NCBI GenBank assembly: GCA_046542845.1
Contig: JBKHAN010000008.1
Span: forward strand, 3,669-67,668
Direction of reading: 5' to 3'
Origin: Spirochaetaceae bacterium
Lineage (GTDB): Bacteria > Spirochaetota > Spirochaetia > DSM-27196 > SKKC01
Length of the DNA stretch: 64,000 nucleotides
The translations under genes and the position numbers were made by a program. Position 1 is the first letter of the stretch. The number at the start of each line of letters is the position of its first letter. The notes below the pieces were generated by a model, which was given only the letters and a program-made list of their open reading frames with translations, was not told the origin of the DNA and searched no databases. Shown piece by piece: positions 46,359 to 56,167 of this stretch.

Positions 46359-47579
46359 ATGATCAAAATGAATCCTCATTATTCCAAATTGAACGCGTCC
46401 TATCTGTTTTCGACTATTGCCCGGAAAATCAACGAACATCAGGCGGAGCATCCCGATTCCGACCTCATTCGACTGGGTATCGGGGACGTAACCCACGGTC
46501 TCGCGAGGCCCTGTGTCGACGCCTTGAAGAAGGCCGCCGATGAGCTCGGCTCTGACGCAACATTCCGCGGCTACGGTCCTGAACAGGGCTACGCCTTTTT
46601 GCGCGAAGCCATCGCGGAACACGATTTCAACGCGCGAGGTGTGGAACTGAGCGCAGACGAGGTGTTCGTGAGTGACGGGGCAAAATGCGATAGCGGCAAC
46701 TTTCTGGATATCCTTGCCGAGGACATAGAAGTCGGCGTACCCGACCCTGTGTACCCGGTATACGTTGACACAAACGTCATGGCTGGACGGACGGGGTCCT
46801 TCAAGGACGGGCGCTACGAGGGCCTTAAGTACCTCGAGAGCACCGTAGAGAACGGATTTGTCCCGGAGCCTCCACCACACCATCTCGATCTCATTTATCT
46901 CTGTTTCCCGAACAATCCGACCGGCGCAACGGCGCAGCGCGAGCAACTCGCACGCTGGGTCGAGTATGCCCGTGAACACCAGGCTCTGATATTGTTTGAC
47001 GCGGCCTACGAGCGATTCATCCGGACGCCCGATATTCCTCACAGTATCTACGAGATAGACGGAGCGCGTTCCTGCGCGGTTGAAATACGGAGTTTCTCAA
47101 AAACAGCTGGTTTTACCGGGACACGGTGTGCCTACACGGTTGTTCCAAAAGAAATCGAGGTGGCGGATGGCGCCGGCGCGGTGCGCAGTCTCCACAGCCT
47201 CTGGAACAGGAGGCAAAGTACGAAGTTCAACGGTGTGTCGTATCCGGTGCAACGCGCGGCAGAGGCCGTATACAGCGAGGACGGACGACGGGAGGTCGAT
47301 GCCCGCGTACAGTACTACATGGAAAATGCGACTATAATTCGGGACAAAATGCAATCGGCAGGCTACACCGTCAGCGGTGGCGTTGACAGTCCATATATCT
47401 GGATACAGACGGGCACCGACAGCTGGTCTTTTTTCGACCGCATGCTCACCGAAGCCGGTGTGGTCATTACACCCGGCGTTGGTTTTGGACGCATGGGTGA
47501 AGGTTTTATACGGATCAGCGCGTTCAATCACAGGGATAAGGTAGAAGAGGCAATGGAGCGTATCGCCCGGGTGCTGTAG
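46359..47579 (+). CDS. dapL: LL-diaminopimelate aminotransferase
   Basis: [55 protein letters not shown] and RISAF. Confidence 0.95.
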   Translation: MIKMNPHYSKLNASYLFSTIARKINEHQAEHPDSDLIRLGIGDVTHGLARPCVDALKKAADELGSDATFRGYGPEQGYAFLREAIAEHDFNARGVELSADEVFVSDGAKCDSGNFLDILAEDIEVGVPDPVYPVYVDTNVMAGRTGSFKDGRYEGLKYLESTVENGFVPEPPPHHLDLIYLCFPNNPTGATAQREQLARWVEYAREHQALILFDAAYERFIRTPDIPHSIYEIDGARSCAVEIRSFSKTAGFTGTRCAYTVVPKEIEVADGAGAVRSLHSLWNRRQSTKFNGVSYPVQRAAEAVYSEDGRREVDARVQYYMENATIIRDKMQSAGYTVSGGVDSPYIWIQTGTDSWSFFDRMLTEAGVVITPGVGFGRMGEGFIRISAFNHRDKVEEAMERIARVL

Positions 47580-47587
47580 GTCGCGGC

Positions 47588-48346
47588 TCAGTACATATGA
47601 CCCATACGGTCTTTTTTTGTTTCCATATAGGTTCGGTTGTGATGGTTCCAGGCAGTAACGACCGGTATGCGACGGCTCACCCGTATGCCCTCCGAGGTGA
47701 GCTTGTTTATCTTATCCGGGTTGTTGGTCAGCAGGGCAACCGATTCTATCTCCAGCAGCCGAAGTATGGCCGCAGCGACGTCATAGCTCCTCGCCTCCGC
47801 GGGGAAACCGAGATACTCGTTCGCTTCAATGGTATCGAGACCCAGATCCTGGAGTTGATACGCCTTGATCTTGTTTATAAGTCCGATACCGCGTCCCTCC
47901 TGTTTCAGGTATACGACCGCCCCACATTCCTGCTCGGAAATGTACTCGATAGCTGCTTCGAGCTGGTCCCGGCAGTCGCACCGCAGTGAACCCCATACGT
48001 CACCGGTGTGACATTGACTGTGCACTCGAACGGGAACGTCGGACTTCCCCGATACACTACCACGTACGATGGCGGTATGCTCCTTGCCACTGGTTCTGTC
48101 GAGGAAGCCATAGAGAACGAAACTCCCGAAACGCGTCGGAAAATCCGCCTCGGCGGCGAGCTCGACTGTGCACGGAGCATCTGCGTAGTCGCCGTCGCTT
48201 CCGATCGGCACTTCATCCAGAGAAAACTTCGGCTCACCGAACATCTTGCTGTTAAGCTTTTCGCGTAATTTGATCAAATCGCGGGGCTTCTCGCCGGGTT
48301 GATCCGTCGAAGAAGCGCTCCGCCCTGCTGTATTGTCGGGAAACAT
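47588..48346 (-). CDS. ribA: GTP cyclohydrolase II (monofunctional)
   Basis: VRVHSQCHTGD..GSLRCDC, QEGRGIG, LLTNNPDK and K..RMGH. Alternative GTG start at 48361. Confidence 0.93.
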   Translation of the reverse strand: MFPDNTAGRSASSTDQPGEKPRDLIKLREKLNSKMFGEPKFSLDEVPIGSDGDYADAPCTVELAAEADFPTRFGSFVLYGFLDRTSGKEHTAIVRGSVSGKSDVPVRVHSQCHTGDVWGSLRCDCRDQLEAAIEYISEQECGAVVYLKQEGRGIGLINKIKAYQLQDLGLDTIEANEYLGFPAEARSYDVAAAILRLLEIESVALLTNNPDKINKLTSEGIRVSRRIPVVTAWNHHNRTYMETKKDRMGHMY

Positions 48347-48400
48347 GCTATTTACAATCACTCCAGATGCGTAATATCGAGCAGGTGACAGAATACCGGA

Positions 48401-49264
48401 TTACCGCTTGAGCGAAAACCGAAAAAGTCCGTAACCGATGACATCTTCGACGAGGAGGCGCTTCAGCGCGTCCCCACCGACCATAGACCGACACCATTCG
48501 CTATGGTCCGAACCGAGCTCGAGCAACGGTGCGCAGAAGCGAAGAAGATAGTCACGAACCCCGTGTCTCGAGACCTCGGCGGTCCAGTCAACCGAATAAT
48601 CGAGAACGAAGCCGTGGTCGGCGGCCGTCCTGACCAGTTCGTCCGGAGTCATAATGGAAGGAACCCTCCACCCCCATTTGTACCGCAACAATCTGCGATA
48701 TTCGTCCGACCCGGTCGCCGGCCTTCGTTTCAGATAATCGTCGATCAGAACGAGGGTGCAGCCTTGTGCAGCGTACACTGACGCGGCGCGAAAGAACGCG
48801 TTTGCTGAATCCGCGTGAGCAAACGCTTCGATAGCGTACATCAGATCGAAGGAATTGTGCATTACCCGATTCGAGTCGGAATTCATGAAATCGCCTGCCA
48901 GAACCGTGCACGACGCGTCACCCTTTTTGTCGAGCCTTTGAAAACGCTCTCGTGCAGTCGCGGCCTGGTAAGGGCTTACAGTAATGCCTGTATAACGTAT
49001 CGGTCGATAAGAGCTGTGGCGAGTCGCCAGATATGCTATAGTGCCACCGACCCCGCAACCGAGGTCAAGAACATTCTGAGCTTCTGTGTCCCGGAGGCAG
49101 GAAAGAATCTGTTCGTTCGCGTATTTGACCGCGTCACGACGATTGTTTATGCCTTGGGCCCACACCGGACGGTGTATCGCGCCTTCCCCGCGACCCGGGC
49201 CGAATCGCAAAAAGAGCCGGCTTGACTCATCGTAGTACTGCCTGACCAGTTCGCCGTGGCCCAT
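48401..49264 (-). CDS. Class I SAM-dependent methyltransferase (tocopherol/sterol MT-like)
   Basis: VRQYYD, IHRPVW, VLDLGCGVGG, GITVSPYQ and AIEAFAH. Confidence 0.8.
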   Translation of the reverse strand: MGHGELVRQYYDESSRLFLRFGPGRGEGAIHRPVWAQGINNRRDAVKYANEQILSCLRDTEAQNVLDLGCGVGGTIAYLATRHSSYRPIRYTGITVSPYQAATARERFQRLDKKGDASCTVLAGDFMNSDSNRVMHNSFDLMYAIEAFAHADSANAFFRAASVYAAQGCTLVLIDDYLKRRPATGSDEYRRLLRYKWGWRVPSIMTPDELVRTAADHGFVLDYSVDWTAEVSRHGVRDYLLRFCAPLLELGSDHSEWCRSMVGGDALKRLLVEDVIGYGLFRFSLKR

Positions 49265-49272
49265 CGAATGAC

Positions 49273-51699
49273 TCACCCCGAGTTCTGACGAGCCTTCAGC
49301 TCGTCCCACTCAACCGAAAGGGCTTCAAACTCTTTTTTCAGCTCGGTAAAAAGGGTTCGGCACTCGTTGAGCTGGTCCTGCTCGGCTGCGTCCTCAAGCT
49401 CTTCCGCCTTACGTCCAAGCCGAACTGCCTCAAGGCTGAGTGCTCCTCCCTTTATGCTATGAGCGACTGCGCGTATCTCGGGCGCGTTCCGTGAATCCAG
49501 GGAAACAGACAGCTCTCGAATCTGGGCTTCGACCTTTTCGAGAAACCCGTTCATAACCCGTTCGACTACCGCCGACTTCCCCATGAAAGATTCAAGCGCA
49601 CCCGCGTAGTCGAACACCGGGTGCCCGTCCACATCGGTCACCTTCGGCAGTGCGCCGAAATTCGGTTGTCGGGCGCTGCTCTCTCCAAGCCATTTGCCGA
49701 GCAGTTGTCGTACGTCTTTCGGCTTGAACGGCTTGGACATGTAATCATCCATTCCGTAATCGAGACACCTCTGGCGCTCGTCCGAATGCGCGTTTGCCGT
49801 AACGGCGATGATAGGCATTCGGAAACCAGCATCCCGGAGGCCGCGCGCTGCGTCGTACCCGTTCATTCGAGGCATTTGTATATCCATGAAAACGATATCC
49901 GGTTGCAGTTCGCGCGCCCGCTCGAGTGCTTGAAGACCGTTCGAAGCGACATCGACCGTACACCCGGTCTTCTCCAGAATCGTCCGAAACAGTTGCTGGT
50001 TCACAAAGTGATCCTCCGCGACCAGAACGCGACCCGTAAAAGCGTCGTCCTGCACAGCGGCTGCAATCTCAGACTCGGGGCGTATCTGGTCTTCGGGTCC
50101 AACGGTCTCAAGTTCCGCCACGTCTTCAGCGTCATCGTGATCTTCAGCGATGGGAGCAGTCTCGACGAACGCCGCCTCGAGCGCACGAGCAAGGTCGGCC
50201 CACTTGACGGGTTTGTTTACGTAGGCGTCGAACCAGTTCAGCAGCTTCATTTTCGCTTCGCCCCCCATGATTCCCGCGGGCGTCATGAGTATGAGCTTCA
50301 TGCTGGAAGCGCTTTCGTTTCTGTGGCTGTTAAGTTCGCTCGCCAGCTGCCATCCGTCGATTCCGGGGAGCACCGCGTCTATGAGCACCAAACCGAATCC
50401 AGGTGTAGTACCGGGCAAGCTAGCGAGAAGGTTCAATGCTTCCTCACCGCTTTGAACATGCTCAACGTGCAGTCCCCAGATTCTCAGATAGCGACTGATT
50501 ACCTCACAGGAACGTTTATTGTCGTCGACGACCAGGACCCGGCGTTCGCGAAGCGCGTCCAGCTCCGGTGCGGGCACGGTATACGTGTTTGCTTCGTTTT
50601 CCGTGTACGGCAGTGTAAACCAGAAGACGGAACCATTCCCCTCCTTCGACTGAACACCGATGCTTCCGTTCATGAGTTCAATCAGACTCCGGGAAATCGA
50701 TAGTCCCAGGCCCGTGCCTCCGTACTTTCGTGTCGTGGACGGGTCAACCTGACTGAATGGCTTGAACAGCCGATTCAGTTTGTCGTCGGCTATGCCGGTG
50801 CCTGTATCTATGACTCGAACGACAATCGCGGGTCTTGAACGATCCGGCGCAAGCCGGGCTTCCAGCACGATTTCCCCTTCGCTCGTAAACTTGACCGCGT
50901 TATTGAACAGGTTCACGATTACCTGACGCAAGCGCACCGGATCGCCGTCGATGATTCGAGGGATTCCCGGGCCTATGTCTATGACAACCTCGAGGCCTTT
51001 CTTATGCGCCTCAAGACTGACCAGATTCACCGCTTCCTGTATAGTCTGTACAAAATCAAATTCGATTACCTCAAGAGAAAGCTTTCCTGCTTCGATCTTC
51101 GAGAAATCAAGGATGTCATTTATGAGTCCGAGCAGAACTTCGGCGCCGAAGCGTATCTGCTCTCCGTATTCACGCTGCTCGGGATCGAGTTTTGTCTCCA
51201 TGAGCAGCTCGGACATGCCGGTCACGGTATGTATCGGAGTCCGGATTTCATGACTCATGTTCGCCAGAAAAGCGGACTTTGTTCGAGTCGCTCGCTCCGC
51301 AATCTCTTTTTCGCGCCTGAGACGTTCCTGACCACGTCGTTCTTCGGTCACGTCCTCGAGCAGCACAAACACGAACGGGGAGGTTCCTGAACCCGTGACA
51401 TACGAGCAGTTCATTCGGCACCACGGTTCTGTGCCATCCAGATTCTTGACACGAACAATTGACTGGAAGGGAACCGAGTGATCCGAAACGAGCTCCTTGA
51501 ACTGTTCAATAAACAGATCGATCTCGTCTTCATGCAGGAAGCGATAAAGCGCTTCTCCATGCAACTCGTCTTCGCGCCGATCGAAGATGCTGCAGGCCGA
51601 GGCATTCATATGTTGAATGTGAGCACCGGTATCGAGTACGGCCATTCCTACGGGTGAGTGACTGAAAATGATTTGAAACTGACGCTCGGACGCAGACAT
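49273..51699 (-). CDS. Cytoplasmic hybrid histidine kinase (PAS-HisKA-HATPase-REC-REC-HPt)
   Basis: PAS, MSHEIRTP, N/G1/F/G2 boxes, two receiver domains (IDAVLP, MDIQMP), HPt AHSIKG; no TM segment. Confidence 0.93.
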   Translation of the reverse strand: MSASERQFQIIFSHSPVGMAVLDTGAHIQHMNASACSIFDRREDELHGEALYRFLHEDEIDLFIEQFKELVSDHSVPFQSIVRVKNLDGTEPWCRMNCSYVTGSGTSPFVFVLLEDVTEERRGQERLRREKEIAERATRTKSAFLANMSHEIRTPIHTVTGMSELLMETKLDPEQREYGEQIRFGAEVLLGLINDILDFSKIEAGKLSLEVIEFDFVQTIQEAVNLVSLEAHKKGLEVVIDIGPGIPRIIDGDPVRLRQVIVNLFNNAVKFTSEGEIVLEARLAPDRSRPAIVVRVIDTGTGIADDKLNRLFKPFSQVDPSTTRKYGGTGLGLSISRSLIELMNGSIGVQSKEGNGSVFWFTLPYTENEANTYTVPAPELDALRERRVLVVDDNKRSCEVISRYLRIWGLHVEHVQSGEEALNLLASLPGTTPGFGLVLIDAVLPGIDGWQLASELNSHRNESASSMKLILMTPAGIMGGEAKMKLLNWFDAYVNKPVKWADLARALEAAFVETAPIAEDHDDAEDVAELETVGPEDQIRPESEIAAAVQDDAFTGRVLVAEDHFVNQQLFRTILEKTGCTVDVASNGLQALERARELQPDIVFMDIQMPRMNGYDAARGLRDAGFRMPIIAVTANAHSDERQRCLDYGMDDYMSKPFKPKDVRQLLGKWLGESSARQPNFGALPKVTDVDGHPVFDYAGALESFMGKSAVVERVMNGFLEKVEAQIRELSVSLDSRNAPEIRAVAHSIKGGALSLEAVRLGRKAEELEDAAEQDQLNECRTLFTELKKEFEALSVEWDELKARQNSG

Positions 51700-51706
51700 C
51701 GTCGAC

Positions 51707-52975
51707 CTAGAAGTTGCTCCGAAGTACTTCGGTAGCCTTTCGGATTACGTGCTCAGGTTTGAGCGGCTTGATAAGATAACTCTTAACGCCGAGTTTCAAC
51801 GCCTTGACTACCGCCTCGCGCTGGGAAAGCGCGCTGAGAACGATCACTGGAGGAACTCCTTCTTTACCCTGAAGCTCGGAAAGAACGGCGAACCCGTCTT
51901 TTTTCGGCATCATGAGATCGAGGAATACCAGATCGTTTTCCAACCCTTTCGGATCTGCCACAAAATCGGCTCCATCGTCGTAGGTAGTAACCGATACATT
52001 CGTATCTTCGAAGACGGTCTTGATCAGTTCCTGTATGACCATATCGTCGTCCACAACCGCAACACTGGCAGAGCCGGAAATATCCGGTACACTGGTCACA
52101 TCGTCGGATACGGTGTTCTCGCCTCCGAAGCGAAGGTTAATGGATTCTTCTTTCCCACTCTTCGGAGCGCTTGCGTTCAGGAACTCTTTCTGTACGGTAT
52201 TGCTCTCTCTGTCGACATAGCTGCCTGCTTTGCGGCCGAGTAGTCCATCCATGGCCTTTTCAAGCGTATCGGTAACCTCGATGCCGGTGTATTCCTTTCG
52301 CTGTTCTACAAAAATCCTGACCTGTTCATTCGCGGTCAGGATTTTCAGCTGCTTCGGTTTTACGCCGGTCCGGTCGAGAATCGTGTTCAGAAGCAGACCA
52401 AGCTTCCCGGTTTCATCTCTGGAAATCTCTATGCTGCTCATCATTACCAGCACTTTCGGCGTTGGTACCCGGTAGAGGTCAAGGAGTTCCTGTATCTTGT
52501 ATTTCAGCAGGCTGATCTTGTCGCTGTTCAGACCCTGCGCGACTTCAATGAAGAGAATCTGATCGTTGAAATGCGCTTCAATTATGCAGGGTGTGGTGTC
52601 TACCTTGACCTCGACCCCCAGGATATCGCTTATGCTGGCGAGCAGTTGATCGAGTTTTATGGGTTTGGTGAAAAATTTCTTCACATTGTAGGGCGCGATC
52701 TGAACGATGTTGTCGCGCTCGATACGATTACTGGCCATAATAACCGGAACATCTTTTGCGTTCGGATCTGCATTCTTTTTCTGTAGAACTTCGAGCGCGC
52801 TTGAGCGCGACAGGTAGAAGTCCATGATAACAAGGTCAGGAACCTGACTTCGAAGCTTGACCGTACCGTCGAGCCCGTTTACTGCGACGGTGACGTCGAA
52901 GCCGTACTGCTCGAGTTTGGTCTGAAGAAAATCACGGAAAAGCTGCGATTCATCGATCACCAGTATGTTTTTCAT
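51707..52975 (-). CDS. Response regulator with two receiver domains flanking an unknown central domain
   Basis: N-terminal REC (VIDES..MDFYL..KP) and C-terminal REC (VDDD..LDLMMP..KP). Confidence 0.85.
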   Translation of the reverse strand: MKNILVIDESQLFRDFLQTKLEQYGFDVTVAVNGLDGTVKLRSQVPDLVIMDFYLSRSSALEVLQKKNADPNAKDVPVIMASNRIERDNIVQIAPYNVKKFFTKPIKLDQLLASISDILGVEVKVDTTPCIIEAHFNDQILFIEVAQGLNSDKISLLKYKIQELLDLYRVPTPKVLVMMSSIEISRDETGKLGLLLNTILDRTGVKPKQLKILTANEQVRIFVEQRKEYTGIEVTDTLEKAMDGLLGRKAGSYVDRESNTVQKEFLNASAPKSGKEESINLRFGGENTVSDDVTSVPDISGSASVAVVDDDMVIQELIKTVFEDTNVSVTTYDDGADFVADPKGLENDLVFLDLMMPKKDGFAVLSELQGKEGVPPVIVLSALSQREAVVKALKLGVKSYLIKPLKPEHVIRKATEVLRSNF

Positions 52976-53051
52976 ATGCCACCCCGGTCACAAAGACCCT
53001 TCTTTTATACCTGCACGGACCCAATCAACGCAAGGAGCCCATCTGAGAGAA

Positions 53052-53081
53052 TTGACGACTCCGTATGTGCGCGCGTACTAT
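53052..53081 (+). promoter_or_regulatory. sigma70 promoter, probably leaderless
   Basis: TTGACG-N18-TACTAT, 8 nt before the ATG at 53090. Confidence 0.55.
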
Positions 53082-53089
53082 CAGGCGTA

Positions 53090-54226
53090 ATGAACACAAA
53101 GATCGGTTCGTCGTTGAGTAGTCTTTCGATCGCAACGGTACTTACGCTGTTTGCTTGTCTTCTACCAGTTCCGGCCCATTCACAACAATCGATCAGCGTT
53201 TCGCCTCTGATCTGGGGAGCACAACTTCGACTGGAGACGGAAGTCTCAGCCGGTATCAATCCTGTGATCCTTGGCGGGTCATTCGGAGCCGCCTTCGGAT
53301 CTACGCCGTACTTGCGACGGGTCGACGGAGTACCATTTCAAGCCGGTCAACTTGACATAGAACCGATTGAAACTTCTGTAACCAGCACCTACACAGGATG
53401 GAACGTCGACCTTTCACGAGCGCTGCTTCGAAACTCCCGCGACGAATCCCTGGTATCAGTGTTCTTCGGTTACTGGGGCAGATTAGATAACCGCTTCGAC
53501 GAAAGCGGTGAGTCGTCTCTGTTTTCGGCTGTACCGCCACCGAAGGACTATCAGGGACAGCTCCTTAACAGCTTCCGTACCGGTGTCGAGGTCGGACACG
53601 TTCGAACCCTCGATCGCGCTCCATTGCTTGAGGGGGCCGACGCAACAGCAACCGTCGAATGGGCTCCTGCGTGGCTCGGGAACGAGGTGATCGGTTCCGC
53701 CGACTTCATGCGTTTTTCGGCAGAGGCACGCGGATTTATACCAATTTCCGCTGGTGGTGGTGAAAACGAACATCAAGCGATAGGAGTCTATGGCGGAGCC
53801 CACATCATTGGCGATTATACGGTCGGCTCCAATATTCCTATCCTCGTGCGCAGTTCATTTGGAGGTCGCTCCGGTCGGTCCGGACTTGCAGGAACGGTGC
53901 GCGGCTACGAATCCGGCCGATTCGATTCAGTCGTGAAAGCGGCCACGGGCGCGGAGCTGCGCATCGTGGGCCCGGCGCTCGCCGCGGCACGGTTCACCCC
54001 AGGACTCGTGCTCTATGGAGATGCGGGTTACTACTCGGGGTACGAAGGCTCCGATCCAGCATCCGAGGACGATTCCGGATGGATTGCTTCAACCGGGGCA
54101 GGCCTTTCTCTAAGCTTCCTTGAGACGGTTACGCTCGTTTTCTACAGCAACTTGGTCCTTGCGGAGGAACTCCTCACAGGTGGACGCCTTAACCCTTTTG
54201 CGGTTGGATTCGGATATCACTTCTGA
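53090..54226 (+). CDS. Outer-membrane beta-barrel, Omp85/BamA-TamA-like without POTRA domains
   Basis: Signal peptide, amphipathic strands, VRGY loop motif, YGDAG motif and C-terminal beta-signal VGFGYHF. Confidence 0.65.
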   Translation: MNTKIGSSLSSLSIATVLTLFACLLPVPAHSQQSISVSPLIWGAQLRLETEVSAGINPVILGGSFGAAFGSTPYLRRVDGVPFQAGQLDIEPIETSVTSTYTGWNVDLSRALLRNSRDESLVSVFFGYWGRLDNRFDESGESSLFSAVPPPKDYQGQLLNSFRTGVEVGHVRTLDRAPLLEGADATATVEWAPAWLGNEVIGSADFMRFSAEARGFIPISAGGGENEHQAIGVYGGAHIIGDYTVGSNIPILVRSSFGGRSGRSGLAGTVRGYESGRFDSVVKAATGAELRIVGPALAAARFTPGLVLYGDAGYYSGYEGSDPASEDDSGWIASTGAGLSLSFLETVTLVFYSNLVLAEELLTGGRLNPFAVGFGYHF

Positions 54227-54268
54227 ACCGCTCATCACACCCGGTCACCGACTCATTGTAAAGGACGA

Positions 54269-56167
54269 ATGACTATGCAGAAACCGACTCAACCATACGC
54301 TGATACTTCGGGGTTTATTCACGCTCCTGTCGCGTTCTACAGCCTGTCGGAAGGCCAACGCGTCGGTTTGGACGATATCCGGCAGGCGTCCGACAAAATG
54401 ATTCGCAGTATCTCCGGCTGGCGAGCGTGTATGTCGCCTGAAGAGAGCCCGGAATCGGCAGACACGAAGCTGAATCCCTCATACGCCATCTTGATTATTG
54501 CTGCAGCTATTTCGTTCGTTCGACTGATCCGTCAGACCGGTCGTAATGAGTGTGTACTGTTAGCCTGCGACACCCGGCCGACCGGTCCCGCCATACTCGA
54601 CACGCTTGTTCGCGCTTTCAGCTACCTCGGTATAGGAGTCAAGGTGGCGGGGGTGGTTTCGGTATGCGAGGCGAGCGCGGCGGTGGCGGCCGATCCGGAT
54701 ACCGGCGGCTTGTGCTTTGTTACCGCAAGCCACAATCCCCGGGGCTATAACGGTCTCAAGTTCATGACCGAGCACGGACACGTGCTTCCTGCCTCTGAAG
54801 CTGCGCTTTTAAACGAGACCTTTGAAAGCACCGTCGTTCGTTGGGACGCGTTTGAAAAACTCCGTCGGGTCGTACTGCACGCAGACGTACCGAAGATCCT
54901 CGAAGCCTACGACCGGCAAGCTGAAGTTCGGGCGTTTACCCGAAGGGCATATATTTCTCTTCTCGAAAACCGCTCAGCTTCGCCATGGACATTTTCCGAG
55001 TTAACGTCACACACGAGTCCCGTCAGTGTGTTCGCGGATATGAACGGAAGCGCGCGCAGCGTCGGACCGGACCGGGAGTATCTTGAGGCCTGGGGCATGA
55101 GGTACACGTCAATCAACGACATCCCCGGTCAGATTGTTCACGCGATCGAGCCTGAGGGTCGTGCGCTCGATGATTGCAGAGCTCAGATGGGCGGAGCTCT
55201 CGTGGGCTACGTACCGGATAACGATGGTGACCGGGGAAATCTCGTACTTAACCCTTCGGGAACGAGCCCCTTTTCCCTTTCGGCACAGGAGGTGTTCGCG
55301 CTTTCTGTTGTCGCGGAACTGTCCATGGACGCGATTCGCCTGGAGAACGCCGACTCCAAGCTTCCACGCGCAATAGTCGTGAATGGCCCCACGTCTCTTC
55401 GAATCGATCGCCTTGCGCGTGCTTTTGGAGTGGCGGTTTTCCGCGCTGAAGTCGGCGAAGCCAATATTCTTGAACGTTCCCGCGAGCTGCGTGAAGAGGG
55501 CTACGTGGTGCCCATAACGGGAGAGGGGTCAAACGGCGGGAACATAACGCACCCCGGGACCATACGCGATCCATTATCGACGATATCATCGCTCATACGG
55601 CTGATCGCGTGGAGACCTGCGGAGAAACCGTACACACAAACGCCTGCGCATGTTGCATTTCAGGCGCTCAGTATCGCCGGGAATCCGCATTCCATGAAAC
55701 CCGAAGAAATCCTCGAAGCAATTCTCGCTGGACTTCCGGTGTTCCGCACGACCCCGACAACAGATTCTCAGGCCAGGATCACCGTGGCTACGCTCGACCA
55801 TGGGGCTTTGAAGTCGGCCTACGAATACCTTCTGGAAGACGAAATCGGGAAGCTTAAGGTACACCCATCGCTGTCATGGATAGACAGCTACCGGATTCTC
55901 AATCTTGAGGCGACTGTTGTTCGCGAAGGTGCAGGAAACCGGGATCCGAATGGGAATCAGAGCGGCGGCTTGTCGGTTCACCTTCTCGATTCGTCGGGAA
56001 CCGCCAGAGCGTTCATGTGGATGCGCGGTTCGCGGACCGAACCGGTCCTGCGACTTATCGTTGACATGGAAGGGGCAGATGACCTCGCGTACTCTCAGCT
56101 CATGACGACGCAGGCACACATGGTTGCCCGCGCCTCGCAGTACGTCGTAGACCAGGCAATGGATTAG
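54269..56167 (+). CDS. Alpha-D-phosphohexomutase (PGM/PMM family)
   Basis: SISGWR, DTRP, TASHNP..YNGLK, metal loop PDNDGDR, GEGSNGG and RGSRTEP. Confidence 0.85.
   Translation: MTMQKPTQPYADTSGFIHAPVAFYSLSEGQRVGLDDIRQASDKMIRSISGWRACMSPEESPESADTKLNPSYAILIIAAAISFVRLIRQTGRNECVLLACDTRPTGPAILDTLVRAFSYLGIGVKVAGVVSVCEASAAVAADPDTGGLCFVTASHNPRGYNGLKFMTEHGHVLPASEAALLNETFESTVVRWDAFEKLRRVVLHADVPKILEAYDRQAEVRAFTRRAYISLLENRSASPWTFSELTSHTSPVSVFADMNGSARSVGPDREYLEAWGMRYTSINDIPGQIVHAIEPEGRALDDCRAQMGGALVGYVPDNDGDRGNLVLNPSGTSPFSLSAQEVFALSVVAELSMDAIRLENADSKLPRAIVVNGPTSLRIDRLARAFGVAVFRAEVGEANILERSRELREEGYVVPITGEGSNGGNITHPGTIRDPLSTISSLIRLIAWRPAEKPYTQTPAHVAFQALSIAGNPHSMKPEEILEAILAGLPVFRTTPTTDSQARITVATLDHGALKSAYEYLLEDEIGKLKVHPSLSWIDSYRILNLEATVVREGAGNRDPNGNQSGGLSVHLLDSSGTARAFMWMRGSRTEPVLRLIVDMEGADDLAYSQLMTTQAHMVARASQYVVDQAMD

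Noticed and set aside
49621-50703. 360-aa plus-strand ORF
   Set aside because: Antisense shadow of the hybrid histidine kinase.
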